Below, in pieces: positions 49,882 to 63,343 of a DNA stretch of 64,000 nt. How positions within the stretch are numbered: the stretch's first letter is position 1; each line of letters opens with the position of its first letter. Source of the stretch: Neoechinorhynchus agilis (lineage: Eukaryota; Animalia; Acanthocephala). The stretch spans positions 13,928,784 through 13,992,783 of the forward strand of contig CM121341.1 in assembly GCA_051530055.1 (NCBI GenBank), written 5' to 3'. A program made the position numbers and the translations under genes. The notes under the pieces were generated by a model. That model was not told the origin of the DNA and did not search any database. It was given only the letters and a program-made list of their open reading frames with translations.

Positions 49882-51148
49882 TCAAATGCGGAAATGAAAC
49901 TCGTTACAGTTGTTATTCTTAATAAAGATAGTAATTTAGCAAAAGGTATTTTCTAGGATGATAAAATTGTGCCTCCATGAAATTGTACCGTCTAGCAATG
50001 AATACGAATAGAGAATGTTTTTTTAACATTGAACGAGCCTCCGAGATTTTGAATCCGAATAAAAAAATCTCAGATTCTGTAAGTGTCTAATCTCAACCGA
50101 ATCTATATTGTTGTGTATTTGTTAAGCAATATAAGCAATGGAAATTAAATAGGTGGTTAAATGATTCAATTTATATATGGAATCGACAAAATGAAGTGTA
50201 ATAAAAGTAATACTTGTAAAGAAATGTTATTCTGATTAATTTTGGCGTTTAGGTATTTATTAAATGAACGGTTGGATTTTCTGGGCTCTCCTACTGGGCT
50301 TTAAAAGTTTTAAACAAATTTAAGTCATTTTTTGACTGCATCGACGAGCGCGGCTACCTCGTCTGGTAGATCTGAAATCACCGTGATAAAATAAGCAAAT
50401 GTACATTTTCAACCTTGCCGTTAAAATCGACCTTGATCCCGTTAATAAGCGACGGATTCTAAAATTATTCACGTTTTACACCTTTACACCTTACTACAGA
50501 TAAGCGGTTCCGTTACGCGTTCAAAAAATAAAAATATGAATAAAAACCCTTTCCTGTAAACAAAAAAGATCAAGCACGCGAATTAAAGTGATCTTTAACA
50601 CTATCAATATTTACAAATTCTATTTGATGACCCAAGCCATGGTGGCGTCCAAATCGAACATGCAAGTATATTCATCGCTCCGGTTGAAATTAACTCAGTG
50701 AATAGTTACTAAAATTTCTACGAAGCTCACACTCGGTGGGGCAGCATAAATCGTCTAAAAAAAGACTTATCACCATCGTCAAAAAGAGTTTCGTAATTAT
50801 ACCAAGTACCCCTTTGCATCCGTTCCATTACATTGCTTCCATTGTTATGCTCTAGAGTGCTATTAGTTTCCCAATTGACGAAATGGTTCCTGATTCCGCA
50901 TCCCAGTACGTAACAAATGTACCATCTACGCCCTGAGCCTTACTTCGAGACTGTTATTGCCGTAGGGAACTACGATTAAACTAGCGATTTCCTGCTCTAT
51001 TAGCAGTAATATTCCGTCACTGCGAAACCCATTTGTAACTTTAATGCAGTTTCACCCTCGACTGAAGCTCTATTTCACGTATCAAACTTCGCAATCGATC
51101 ATAGTAACGTCTGAAGATCAAAGTTACGAATTTAGAGACTTCTCGGCC

Positions 51149-51162
51149 CCGCTAGATGGCGT
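51149..51162 (+). promoter_or_regulatory. CTCF-like motif
   Basis: CCGCTAGATGGCGT matches the CTCF core consensus; single occurrence, could be chance. Confidence 0.2.
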
Positions 51163-51882
51163 CGGTGAAGCCGTTACTGAAATTAAACACGCCGTGTCAT
51201 AAATTTTACCTTGGGAACCCCGCTATCGCAATGTCTCAAAAGAAGTGCATTATCTAGAAGATTACGTAAATCTTCAGAATGGGACATAATTGTGCGAAAT
51301 TTCCACGATCACAAGCGAAGCTGACTAGACTTTATGTGACGATTGAGAACCACTTTTCTGCCTATAAATTTGAAAACAAAATTTTAATTTTTTATTAATC
51401 CGATACCATTCAGATCAGTTTTTAAAGACGTTACATTTAAGTTCTAAAATTCCTGAGTCACAAAATATCCTTTAAAATTTTATATGCGTTTCGTTTTCTT
51501 ATCACTGGTTGAAAAAATTCAAATTATTTTTGGGTAAAATGACAATTTTAAAGTAAGCAATGGAAACGCAATTTTTGAATTTTAATTTTATGACTACTTG
51601 AAAAAAGAGTTAGGTGATTAATTCGACGAATCAAAATGACTGATGGATGGCGATTAGTTCAGATTAACGTAGATCGCCATTTGAACTAATTTTCGTTTAT
51701 GAAAATAGTCGCAGATCGTTCACGACCACTTGAAAAGGCCAAACACATCGATTATAAACTCAAAGCGACCTCATCACTGCACCCGAATTCTTACGTACTT
51801 TTGTGAGGTCATCTCTAATGCGCGTATATTTTTGAAGATCATTCCAATCGGGTGCCGATCTTCTGGCCTTCACCGTTGTTAA

Positions 51883-54800
51883 ATGGCGCCAGGGTTTAAT
51901 TCAACTTTACCGAGACAACAGACAGCTAATAAGCCTTGTCCATTTCAGTTGGACAACACTGGCGAATGGTACTACATTGGTTCAGAGGTGAGGTGAGTTC
52001 GCAAAGATACGATGTTTCTTTGTTTTTTTAGGTAGGAGCATATCTCCGTCTTTATCGTGGAACGCTATACAAAAAATACCCCGGTCTATGGCGACGACTC
52101 GTCACGCCGGAAGAGCGAAAACGTCTCATCGAACAAGGTATAATGCGGAGCAGTGCAGGTGAGTGAAACACAATCGAGGATTATCAATTTTTTGTTGAAT
52201 TTGAAGCAAATCGATTTTCAGAATTTGTGGTTTAAAATGCACAGAGCGCCATACGAAATACTCAATTGTCGTTCATTTGTAAAAGAAAATGGTATTAAAT
52301 GGAAAAGAATCAAATCAGCGCTGCAATAGGTCCTTCTTAGTAATAATCCCTACACTTCTTCCGATATTGCTCATCAATTTAAGCATCGACTCTTCTACAA
52401 GGCGACGACATAAATCTTTATATAATTTTTTAAACATTGAAAAATGCTAATAAGTTTCCCTTAAAAGGAAAATAGAATTTACATTGTTGAATAACAAAAA
52501 TGCTGTTTCATGCAGTAAAGAAGCTCACGCGCGCATTTCTGATTTAAAATGTGCATAAATTTCCGATTTCCAATTTTGCGCAATTTTTCATTAGTAATCG
52601 AGGCGGTGTCATAAATTTTTATTTGATTTTTTAAAAAACATTGGAAAATGCTCATAAGCTTCTCTAAAACAAAATAAAATTTGCATTTTTAAAATTTAAA
52701 AATGCTATTTCATGCAGTAAAAAAGCTCACGTGTACATTTCTGATGGAAAATGTGCATAAATCTTCGATTTCCAATTTTACCCAATTTTTCATTAATAAT
52801 CGAGACGGCGACATAAATCTTTGTATGATTTTCAAACACTGAAAAATGCTAATACGTTTCCCTAAAAAGAAAATAGAATTTACATTGTTGAATAATAAAA
52901 ATGCTGTTTCATGCAGTAAAAAAAAGCTCACGTGTACATTTCTGATGGAAAATATGCATAAATTTCCGATTTCAAATTTTGCGCAATTTTTCATTAGTAA
53001 TCGAGGCGATGTCATAAATTTTTATTTGATTTTTTAAAAACATTGGAAAATGCTCATAAGTTTCTCTAAAACGAAAATAAAATTTACATTTGTGAAGAAT
53101 AAAAATGCTATTTCATGTAGAAAAAAAGCTCACGGGTGCATTTCTGATGGAAAATGTGAATAAATCTTCGATTTTCAATTTTACGCAATTTTTCATTAGT
53201 AATCGAGACGGCGACATAAATCTTTGTTTGATTTTTTAATTGTTGAATAATAAAAATGCTGTTTCATGCAGTAAAAAAGCTCACGTGTACATTTCTGATG
53301 AAAAATGATCATAAATCTTCGATTTCCAATTTTACGCAATTTTTCATTAATAATCGAGGCGGTGTCATAAATTTTTATTTGATTTTTTAAAAAACATTGG
53401 AAAATGCTCATAAGTTTCTGTAAAACGAAAATAAAATTTACATTTGTGAATAATAAAAATGCTGTTTCATGCAGTAAAAAAAGCTCACGTGTACATTTCT
53501 GATGGAAAATGTTCATAAATTTCCGATTTCCAATTTTACGCAATTTTTCATTAGTAATCGAGGCGGCGACATAAATCTATATTTTAATTTTTTGAAAAAC
53601 ATTGGAAAATGTGAATACGTTTCTCTAAAATAGAATTAGAATTTACATTTTTGAAGTAAAATATTTCTTGGAATTTAAGATCCTATTTTTTAACGGGAAA
53701 AATTTGTCCGGTTTTTGGCATGGGTAGTCGGCTCTCTTTAGCGAATAAGCCTTGCTCCAGTCTTCTTTGTTTTGCGGCACAATATTTGACTTTACCCTCC
53801 ATTTAATTTACTAAAATATTGAGCTGTGTATCCTCGAAACCTTTTATCTGAATAGAATTTCCACTTTATAAACAGTGCCAATAAAATCTAGAGTTTATAT
53901 AAAATCTTTTAATTTTATATCCTAATAGATTTTTTCATTGTATGTATTCCATCGCCATACTTTTCAGATGTGATTGCTTTATGTCGAAGATCAAATAATT
54001 ACGATAATTCTCGTTATTAGTAGGCATATGATCGCTTATCACATTTCTCGAGTAAAATTGATGAATTTCATCGTATAACTCCTTGTAATCTATGAAAGCA
54101 TTCTCACGACTTTACACGTTCTCCCCAAATTTTGATTCGCGAAATCTGCCAGGATCCATTGCATTTTAGCGCAATACCCATTTGGTTGCTGAGATCCTAG
54201 CCACCCGGTAGACGAAACATCTCAAAAGTGACACTGAGTCGAAAGAGATTGCCTCCTCACATGTGGCTGCAATACGTTGAATGTAAATAAGATTGGCATC
54301 TTTGCAAACATTTCCTACAGAAGTCTAATTTACGAAGAAGTGTTTGCTAGTCATAAAAAATTAGATTACCCATCTTTAAGTTCTTGGCTACATTTAGGTG
54401 GTGGTGGCGGCGATGGTACACTTCCGACGAACTTAACGCTTGTCCGTGTCGTGGAGGTCAACGAGATTCTTTGTGGTGGAGATGACAGTCGGTTCCGCTC
54501 ATCTTCGTCACTCCAGACAGTCTTACAACCCGCGACGTACCCGTACGGTGACGACTTCTCGAACAGTCAATTTCCTCCATCAGCGCCCCTCATCAAACCT
54601 GCACTTCCTTCTTCTTCGTCGTCTGCCTACTCGAAAACAATGCGTAGATCCGTTTACGGCAGCATGTATGCTCCAATCGGCGCTGCTGGTTCAATGAGTT
54701 TTAGTGCAGGCGTCGGCGGGGGCGGAAACAGCATGATGTCAAGTCAATCGAGTCAGAATTTTTACACTTCGGCAAGTCAACAACTACTTGAAACAGTCCC

Positions 54801-55545
54801 AACTCAAACCCCGATTCCACCACGTCCTGCATGCAAAAAACGTGCTTATCCATTATGCTTCGACGATATGGATCCTGATGCCGTTGAAAGAAACGCCCGT
54901 CTGCCCGAGATCCTCGTTCCCATTCGGCTCGAAATCGATCTGGACGGACAGAAATTGCGCGATTTTTGCCTGTGGAACAAAAATGAAACTCTTATAAGCC
55001 CAGAGGTATTTGCTGAACTTACATGTGAAGAACTCGATCTAAATCCAATCGCATTCGTTCCTGCAATCGCCTCTAGCATTCGTAGACAATTAGATGCATT
55101 CCCAGTTGAAAATGTTCATCCTCCTGGATACCTCGTAACTATTAAGCTAAATATACAAATTGGAAACACTTCACTTGTTGATAAGTTTGAATGGGATATT
55201 ACGAACGAGCGAAACTCCCCTGAAGAGTTTGCCAGAGTTCTTGCTGCTGATTTAGGACTTGGGAACGAGTTTGTGTGTTCGATTGCTTTTGCCATTAGGA
55301 GTCAACTTGCTTATCATCGTAAAAATCACAATTCATCTATTGATTTGGGCGATGAGAGTAATGGAGGTTCGGCATCTGCCATTCTAAAGCGAGACGGGCC
55401 TTTCAGGACTCCTCAGGAAGCAGAAGAATACTGTCCTAAGGTTGAAACACTTTCAGATGTTGAAATGGAGAAAAAATTGAGAGATCAGGATAGAAACGCT
55501 AGGAGAATAAGAAGAACTGCGGGAGTCACTGGGACGCCGTGGTAG
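51883..55545 (+). CDS. SMARCB1: SWI/SNF subunit SNF5/INI1; three exons (large intron ~52160-54397)
   Basis: [19 protein letters not shown]|[23 protein letters not shown]; [22 protein letters not shown]; [18 protein letters not shown]; [31 protein letters not shown]. Confidence 0.93.
52400..53655. repeat. AT-rich ~200-bp tandem repeat with alternating A/B variants, in the SMARCB1 intron
   Basis: TGCT(G/A)TTTCA marker at 52501, 52703, 52902, 53106, 53257, 53460 (periods 202, 199, 204, 151, 203). Confidence 0.92.
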
Positions 55546-56328
55546 AAAATGGGAATCAATATGGGAGAACATCAGTAAATCGTGATTTGTTTAATCATTT
55601 TTTACCGGTAATTTGTATGTGGGTGAAAAAAAGTAAACGAATCAATAAGACGTTTGTATTGCTTGCAAATAAACAAGGACAAAAAATCCAGTCGCACAAA
55701 ATTCGTAGTCTTATCATTAGTTGGTAGTTTGTAAAATTCATTTAAGAAATATGATTTCGTGAAAAGTGCAGCGGCCTACCTCATGGAAAAATGACCAAAA
55801 CATTAAAAGAAATTTAAGTAAGTGTCAAGTTTTATCGACGAGTTTAGTAAGCAAGCGGTCACAGTGGATTTGATTGAAAATTCATTTTACAAAACAGGTA
55901 TAGATTGATTTCTTAATAGACTCCTTTGTTTGCCCAACATTTTGCGAATCGCGATCATGAGTAGCTTATCAACGATGGGACTTAAAACTTAAAGGTTAGG
56001 CGTTAAATAAACGAACTTTGATTAACAAAGTAGACATGAATAAAACGACGAAATGTTCAAGCGTTCTTTCATTCGACGAAACATGGACAATGAAGGAATC
56101 ATCGACCTCAAAACGAAAGTGTCATCGTTTTGAAAGAATAATTCCGGTGAACGCAATCTCCAAATAAACACAACTTGAAAAGTCTCTTATTATTCTCATC
56201 CTCAAATTGCTTTGAGACCCAGCTTTCATTGCTCTCAACCAGGAGTGATTCACCAACTCAACGCCAAAGGAGTTTTTCACGTTACTTCATAAAAAACTTT
56301 CTAACGCGGATAATTCTCTCCATACAAA

Positions 56329-57163
56329 ATGGCAAAATCAATGCCAGTTATAAAGCTAGTTAGAATTGTGATTCTGATCTTCCTCTTAATAGGATCAATC
56401 ATGTATTGGGCAGCAATGGGCGCGAATACCTATGGATCGTTTGCAATAAGTGATACGCGTACACAGACCTTCGGACTCTACAAATTCTGCACGATAACAA
56501 AGATATCCGATACTCAATTTCAGACCGTATGCTCCAAATACAACAAAGATCCGCCGTATATCACTACGAGTAAGGCGTTGTTCGGTGTATTTGTCACGCT
56601 TGATGTTCTCATGATTTTGGCATTAATTGGTCATTTGTTTACGAAGCCGAGAAGAAGGAAGAGGGATAACCGGTACTTTTGGTTGAAATTTAAAACTATT
56701 GGTTAACAATGAATGTCGGATATTTTTAAGATGTTGAACACGAAATCAGTAATCTAGAATAATCTACGTTCCTATTTAAAATTTATGTTCTTAAATGACA
56801 CCAAAAGTACCATTTAAGCATTTCGTGATGAATATAATCACATCCATTATGGCATTATTGGCATTAGTTTTCCTTTGGGCGGCATTTATCTATTTTTCAA
56901 ATGAGCTTCGGAAAAACGTCAAAGGACTCAGACTTTCGTCGGCCTTTGGTGCTGCAATTGCCGCGTTCTTCATTCTGACTATTGTATTCCTGTTGATCAT
57001 GGGATTTCCGCTAATAGCGGAATATCTTATGGAATCTAGTGAATCTGCGAAAGAGCCAAACCAGGTTGTTGCATCGAATATATATGCGCCCGCGGCAGCA
57101 TATTATCCAAATCAATATCTTTCTCAACCAGTTGCTGTAGTGTCAAATCCGTCCGGCTTGTAA
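56329..57163 (+). CDS. Four-TM claudin/PMP22-superfamily-like protein, paralog 2
   Basis: Clear paralog of 39187-39967; GT donor after ..GATAACCG. Confidence 0.55.
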
Positions 57164-57748
57164 GCATCGGTTACTGTGTGACCGAAGAGTCGCGTCTTTT
57201 TTCAACTAAATTCTTAATTTGGTGCAAATGAGGGCGAATAACATTAGATTTCGTTAAAAGCAGTCGCATTGTGGTCCAGTTATTTACAATAAAACAGAAA
57301 AACAGCCAGCTACCGCGTTAAGATTTCTTTTTTGGGCGCCATTCGGTATTAACGTAGTTTTGACACAATTTGCAGGCAATTCCACTCGGAGTACTGCAGA
57401 AAAGGCTGTTTTTATCGGTGCCATAATGGACGGAAATGTCTAGAAACTTCACTCTCTTTATTGGAAATGAGTGCCGTTTTAGTTCAGACGACATAAAATC
57501 AATAGAGATTTGGTAATGTGTGCAACGCTGGGTTTACGTTGCGCAATTACATACTCGGCGGGAATGCTTTAATGGGACAAATTCGGAGAAATGATTACGT
57601 CCGAATCGTGTGGGATATTCTTGCGAACTTGCGGCAATGAAAAAAACATCCACACGAAATTCCAGTGTTTCCCAAAAAATCAATTTTAAAAAATACGAAT
57701 CAAACGATCTTAGTGGTTTTCAACTTTTTCGACAGTGATATCAATCGT

Positions 57749-57955
57749 AACTTAGCGATAATCACTCAGAAAATTGATTTATATTGAAAATTTTCGGCCT
57801 TTTCGTTGGCCTTCTTCAGTCAGATCTACAATGTTTGTAAGTTTTTAGATCTGACTGAAGAAGGCCAACGAAAAGGCCGAAAATTTTCAATATAAATCAA
57901 TTTTCTGAGTGATTATCGCTAAGTTAAATTGAAACAATAATGATTAATTTCTTTA
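57749..57955. mobile_element. Second palindromic family-A double-hammerhead mini-insertion, 13-bp TSD
   Basis: 80-bp arms 57749-57828/57846-57925; cores 57786-57819 (-) and 57855-57888 (+); TGATATCAATCGT at 57736-57748 and 57956-57968. Confidence 0.85.
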
Positions 57956-58379
57956 TGATATCAATCGTGTCGGAAAAAGGTTTGGCAACATAAGAAAAGG
58001 CGCAAAAAAGATTTTGTCGAAGTGATAAGGAGCTCGTGCCTTCTCTTCTAAACTTCTCAATTTCTTGGGCTTAATTTTTTTCAATTCGATTAGTGCTCCC
58101 CCGATTGAAGTGGATAAAAGATTACGATTTTAAATTCATCTCCTTAGCTAAGTAAAAACCCTGACAGTTAATGGTGAAAAGGAAACGTCTTAATCTGTGG
58201 ACGACCGAGTTTAAATTTACCATTTTGTTTCAGGCTAGTGACGTAACGCACCCACGTCCTCCATAAAAACGCGCCCCCTGATCGTCGCTTTAAGAATCAA
58301 TTTGTTTTTATCCTTCTTTCGTCTCCCTTTCCACCACGCCAACACGATGCTTCCTTTTTCATTTCTAGTAGTCTCAAAT

Positions 58380-59814
58380 ATGGTTCCGTCATCGCACAAA
58401 CAAGAAGATTTGCCCGCGCAGTATTCTCGCTTCTTCACAGAATCTTTTTCGGACGAGCGGATACGAAACAGACGCGGCTATGTGCCACTCGCTTTTCTCA
58501 TGTCGCCACCGAGCAACCCAACCGAACTTGCGGTTAAACGACTCATGGAGAGTTGTCCGGCGAAAGCTACAATGAGTCTCGTAGGAGGTTAGTTAACGTA
58601 AAATTATGCCAGCGACATCCTTTTTCAAAAATGGAGGTGGTCTAATTGGAGCTTTTTTTGGACTATTCACCGCCAGTGTTGATCCCATGTCCACAATGAC
58701 GACGGAAACACCTTCTCTGAAAGTTGTATGGCGTGAAACACGGATTCGTATGGTTTCATATTCGAAAAACTTTGCGTCTATCGGATTTTTGTTCTCGGGA
58801 ATCGAGTGCGCCATAGAAACGGTAAGCGAACTTAAGTATGCGGAAAAGCCGCTTGGATCAATGAGTTTTTAATGTTTCTTTTCCCTCATTTGCGCTGATT
58901 CGAAATTTAAAGGCTCCTTGGGTCTTTTTAGCTTTACTGGTAGGCAATTTGTCTTTAATGAAGATTTGCAACGAAGAATAGACAGTCAAGATTTTTAGCA
59001 ATTGCTTTCTGTAGATAAACGTCTGTCGACCTCATTGGTGCAAGTGTCATTTTCTCGACCAATCACGTTATAGAGAGCCCCGGAAAAATTCTCAAAAAAG
59101 TAATTTCAAAGTGCATATTTCGTCGAAAAGTTTATAATCACGCGTCTCATTAAATTATCGCATGTTTTTTAGAAATATGCGATTTTAATGGGTGTACTAT
59201 TCTAGAATCTCAGTGATCGGCACAAATCTTTAATCGAACAAACCGATAAGTACTAGTCTTAATTTATCACAAAGTATCACGCAAGCTTCGATATTGAGAG
59301 AATATACGTTTTTAGTTCTTTTGCGTTTTGTGCTCTGAATATTTTGATATTGTTAGTTTGTGGTTGTCGACAAAAAATTAGTTTGAAAATATACGGAATT
59401 CGGTGTGTATTAATCTAAAACATGCAACATTTGGCGCTTATTCGGGTGATCGAGATTTTTGCAAGATTCTTTGTGAATTTTTGTAGATTTAAAAACGTAA
59501 ATTCTAACTATAGTGTAAATTAAAAAAACACGTTTACCCTGCGCTCTTTAGACTGTTATTTTATTTAATGTATGTCTGAAATGATTTCACCATTCCAGTA
59601 CCGTGGAACCCACGACCTTCTGAATGGCACATACGCTGGAACAGTGACTGGATTTCTTCTCGGACTTCGAGGTTTGTTCGTTTCCAAAGTCCACATTCTT
59701 AGCCGTCTCCGCACTGTAGCCGGCATGCGTCCAGCCATGCTGGGCGGAGTAGGTTTTGGTGCATTTAGTGCTCTGATCGAGTACTACTTGACGCGCCGTC
59801 ACCATCACCCGTGA
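58380..59814 (+). CDS. TIMM22: Mitochondrial inner-membrane translocase Tim22, multi-exon
   Basis: LMESCPAKATMSLVGG, GAFFGLFTASVD, SYSKNFASIGFLFSGIECAIE|YRGTHDLLNG..GFLLGLR|AGMRPAMLGGVGFGAFSALIEYYL. Confidence 0.9.
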
Positions 59815-59911
59815 CTCTATTTCTCACACATAAAGCGCGTTCTCGTTCTCGTACATTCTCTGTCTGTCTCTTGTTTCCGCCCGCCGCCCCACCGTCTGCT
59901 GTTGCTTGAAG

Positions 59912-61252
59912 ATGAGGGAGATCGTTCATATGCAAGCCGGCCAGTGCGGCAACCAGATCGGAGCCAAATTTTGGGAAGTAATAAGCGACGAGCACGGCAT
60001 CAACTCTACCGGGACATACGTGGGAGATTCGCCACTACAACTTGAACGAATCAACGTCTACTACAATGAAGCTAGCGGAGGAAAGTATGTCCCGCGTGCG
60101 ATTCTAATTGATCTGGAACCAGGAACAATGGACAGTGTTCGGGGAAGTGCTTTTGGTCAACTCTTTCGTCCAGATAACTTCGTGTTCGGCCAATCAGGAG
60201 CTGGCAACAACTGGGCGAAAGGCCATTACACCGAAGGAGCTGAACTAATCGAAAGTGTTCTTGAGGTTGTGCGAAAAGAAAGTGAATCATGTGACTGTCT
60301 CCAAGGATTCCAGCTTACCCATAGTCTTGGTGGTGGAACTGGCTCAGGTCTTGGAACGCTTCTCGTCTCTAAGATTAGAGAAGAGTTTCCCGACCGCATG
60401 ATGCTTACATTCTCAGTTGTACCCTCACCTAAAGTGTCCGACACCGTCGTTGAACCCTACAATGCAACATTGAGCGTTCATCAACTCGTTGAAAACACAG
60501 ATGAAACTTTTTGTATTGACAACGAAGCTCTCTATGATATTTGCTTTAGAACATTAAAACTCCCGAATCCAAACTACGTTGAGCTTAATCAGCTCGTTTC
60601 CAGCACAATGTCCGGAGTTACTACTTGCCTTCGATTCCCTGGACAGCTTAACGCAGACCTGCGGAAGCTAGCAGTTAATATGGTTCCCTTTCCACGTCTA
60701 CATTTCTTCATGCCTGGATTCGCCCCACTTACGAGTCTCGGTTCCCAACAATATAGAAGTCTAAGTGTTGCTGAGCTAACTCAACAAATGTTCGATTCCA
60801 AAAATATGATGGCGGCTTGTGATCCTCGAAATGGGAGATATCTTACGGTAGCTGCGATGTTCAGAGGTAAAATGTCCATGAAAGAGGTCGACGAGCAAAT
60901 GCTTGCCATCCAAAACAAGCAGAGTTCTTATTTTGTCGAATGGATACCCAACAACGTAAAGACCGCTGTCTGCGATATTCCACCTAAGGGTCTAAAGATG
61001 AGCGCAACTTTCATTGGAAACTCAACGGCTATTCAAGAACTGTTCCGTCGAATAAGTGAACAATTTACGGCTATGTTCCGGCGTAAAGCGTTTTTGCACT
61101 GGTACACTGGAGAAGGAATGGACGAAATGGAATTCACGGAAGCAGAGTCCAATATGAACGATTTGGTCTCAGAATACCAGCAATACCAAGATGCTACTGC
61201 TGACGAAGAGGTTGATTTTGAAGACGGGGAAGACACGGATGCCCCCATATGA
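59912..61252 (+). CDS. TUBB: Beta-tubulin, intronless, 446 aa
   Basis: [24 protein letters not shown], acidic tail. Confidence 0.98.
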   Translation: MREIVHMQAGQCGNQIGAKFWEVISDEHGINSTGTYVGDSPLQLERINVYYNEASGGKYVPRAILIDLEPGTMDSVRGSAFGQLFRPDNFVFGQSGAGNNWAKGHYTEGAELIESVLEVVRKESESCDCLQGFQLTHSLGGGTGSGLGTLLVSKIREEFPDRMMLTFSVVPSPKVSDTVVEPYNATLSVHQLVENTDETFCIDNEALYDICFRTLKLPNPNYVELNQLVSSTMSGVTTCLRFPGQLNADLRKLAVNMVPFPRLHFFMPGFAPLTSLGSQQYRSLSVAELTQQMFDSKNMMAACDPRNGRYLTVAAMFRGKMSMKEVDEQMLAIQNKQSSYFVEWIPNNVKTAVCDIPPKGLKMSATFIGNSTAIQELFRRISEQFTAMFRRKAFLHWYTGEGMDEMEFTEAESNMNDLVSEYQQYQDATADEEVDFEDGEDTDAPI

Positions 61253-61839
61253 GAACCAAATAACACAATCGGGATTGTAAGCGGAGAGCTGGAAGCGGTG
61301 CTGGACGCGTGGTTTAAAAAAGAAACTCTTTAAGTAGGCTTATTGCTCAAAAAGAATGGCGGCACTCCCTGTTATTACAGTGTTAATTTTTCACTTTTGT
61401 TAGGTAGCCTTTTTAATGAGCCATGTTTTGTGACCCAGCCTCACATTGATTTTCCATCGAATGAGGGTTTAGGCCATTTCATTGACACGTCCTAAGAATT
61501 TTAATAATGCTTTAACTCATTTTTTGACGACATGGTTGAATCTTGTTTTCGTGGCTAAACTTAAAAACGAGAGGTACTTTGTCGTTCACTATTTTGTGTT
61601 AAATTTTCAAAATTAGATTTGCATCATATATTTTGCTTCAAAAGGATTTCCAAAACAATGAGACGTACTCTCGATATTTAAACAGATCGATGCACTCTTT
61701 CTCCAAATTCTTCTATGCTGATCTTTTTTTACTTATGAGCTTGCTTCTTTACAACGGAAAATTAGGAGGAATTTATTGAATCCGATATTTCGACAATTTT
61801 TAGCCATAAACAAGCATGAATAGATAAATCTTAAAACAT

Positions 61840-62623
61840 TTATGAGCTTATACTGGAATCACTATTTGATTCATAATCAACCGGCCGTATTTCTACCTCT
61901 GATATATCGTCGTATTTTTCGTCCAGTTCTACTTCACTTTGATATGGATAAACTCTTTCGTTTTCCTTTTCATGATCATCTAAAAAAGTCGCATATTCTG
62001 ATAGAATCCTTCTTATTTTAATGTTCCTCTCCAGAAATCCTTTTAGATCTAAGTCAGTTACAAAATCAAGCTCCGCTTCTTCGTCCCTCCACGGCACTTG
62101 AGCATTGGACTCGACTTTTCTACGCCACCGATTTGCGCTTCTTGTTAAGTGTTCTCTTACGCTGAAAATAAATATGATGAATACGACAAGTATGGTGATG
62201 ACCATGATAATGAAATGCTCCGAATTCGACTCCTTATCGCTGAGAATATCACTGGATTTTTTCAGTTTTACCTTTATAGGTCCTCTAAGTAATCTACATT
62301 CCTGGTAGATATCTTCAATTATTTTATATCTACGACGCGGCGAATACGATTCGTCTAAATAATTCGAGGTGCCACATTCCTAATTGGTTTAATGAATTCA
62401 TTTCGTGCCTGTTCACGAATACGCTTACTTGTTCTCTGACTTTCTTATATGTTTTAGAAACCATTCTTAATATCCTCATGATTTGATTACTGCTGCTGAG
62501 TTGTAATCGCCTTGACAACCTATTCGTCGAATTGATCTTAAAATGGAAATATCGAGTGAAGTGGAAAGCATTTTTCAATTTCCGAAAAACGTGAAAACCA
62601 ATGATTGAAAAGTCTCGTTTCAA
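61840..62623 (-). CDS. Unidentified gene with a hydrophobic stretch and acidic C-terminus
   Basis: ORFs 62330-62623 and 61840-62205; no family recognised. Confidence 0.25.
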
Positions 62624-62782
62624 ATCGTACTATGTACAAAATTGTCATTTCGAATATTGTCTCATTAGCGTTATCTTCTTTAAGAGAGCCTAGGAGTTAT
62701 ACCATTGAAGTAGAATGTAAATCTTGTGAAATAATACTTTATTTTCAAGCCGCATGATTGCAAATAAAACACTTTAACAATC

Positions 62783-62811
62783 CTGAAGAAGCCGTAAGGC
62801 GGCTAAAGCTC
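62783..62811 (+). ncRNA. Hammerhead-like relic (family E), G12 mutated
   Basis: CTGAAGA-A-GCC-GTAAGGC-GGC-TAAA-GCT-C followed by AATAAA. Confidence 0.45.
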
Positions 62812-63343
62812 GGAAATAAAGATTTTCTTTTTTCTTTATCATTCCATTTAAAAATTTGAAGTGAAATATATAAAGGAAGTTTTGATGATCACTATTTTCG
62901 GGTTATTTTTCTCCCTGAAACCCTTTTACTCGCTTAATTTTTGGTCTCAGAAAATAGGTTCCCCATCATAGCAGCAGAACAAATCTAAATCATTAAGCGT
63001 AATGTTAAAATAGTCTTAGAAAAGAAGTAAAAGAATTCGCGAAATATTTCTATCAACAAATTGAACGCTTGTATAAAGTTCATATTGCTTTTAATAAAGC
63101 ATTCTAAACACTTAAGAGTTGATAATGAGTGTACTACTTAAATTCGATTGCCTACTCTCTCTTTGTTATGAACAGTACCCTGCTATTTATTTACCTCCAC
63201 GCAATTGTGGTCGACGCATGACAACGGGCAACCGCAAGGTCGTTCGACTTATTAAATAATTGAATGAAATCAAGTTGCCCTTAATATGTTGAACTCACGC
63301 GTTGCTGAGTTATTCCTCAAAATCATTTATTTCTAGATCTAAA

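Noticed and set aside
52710-53543. ORFs of 63-115 aa in the ORF track
   Set aside because: Translations of the tandem repeat inside the SMARCB1 intron.
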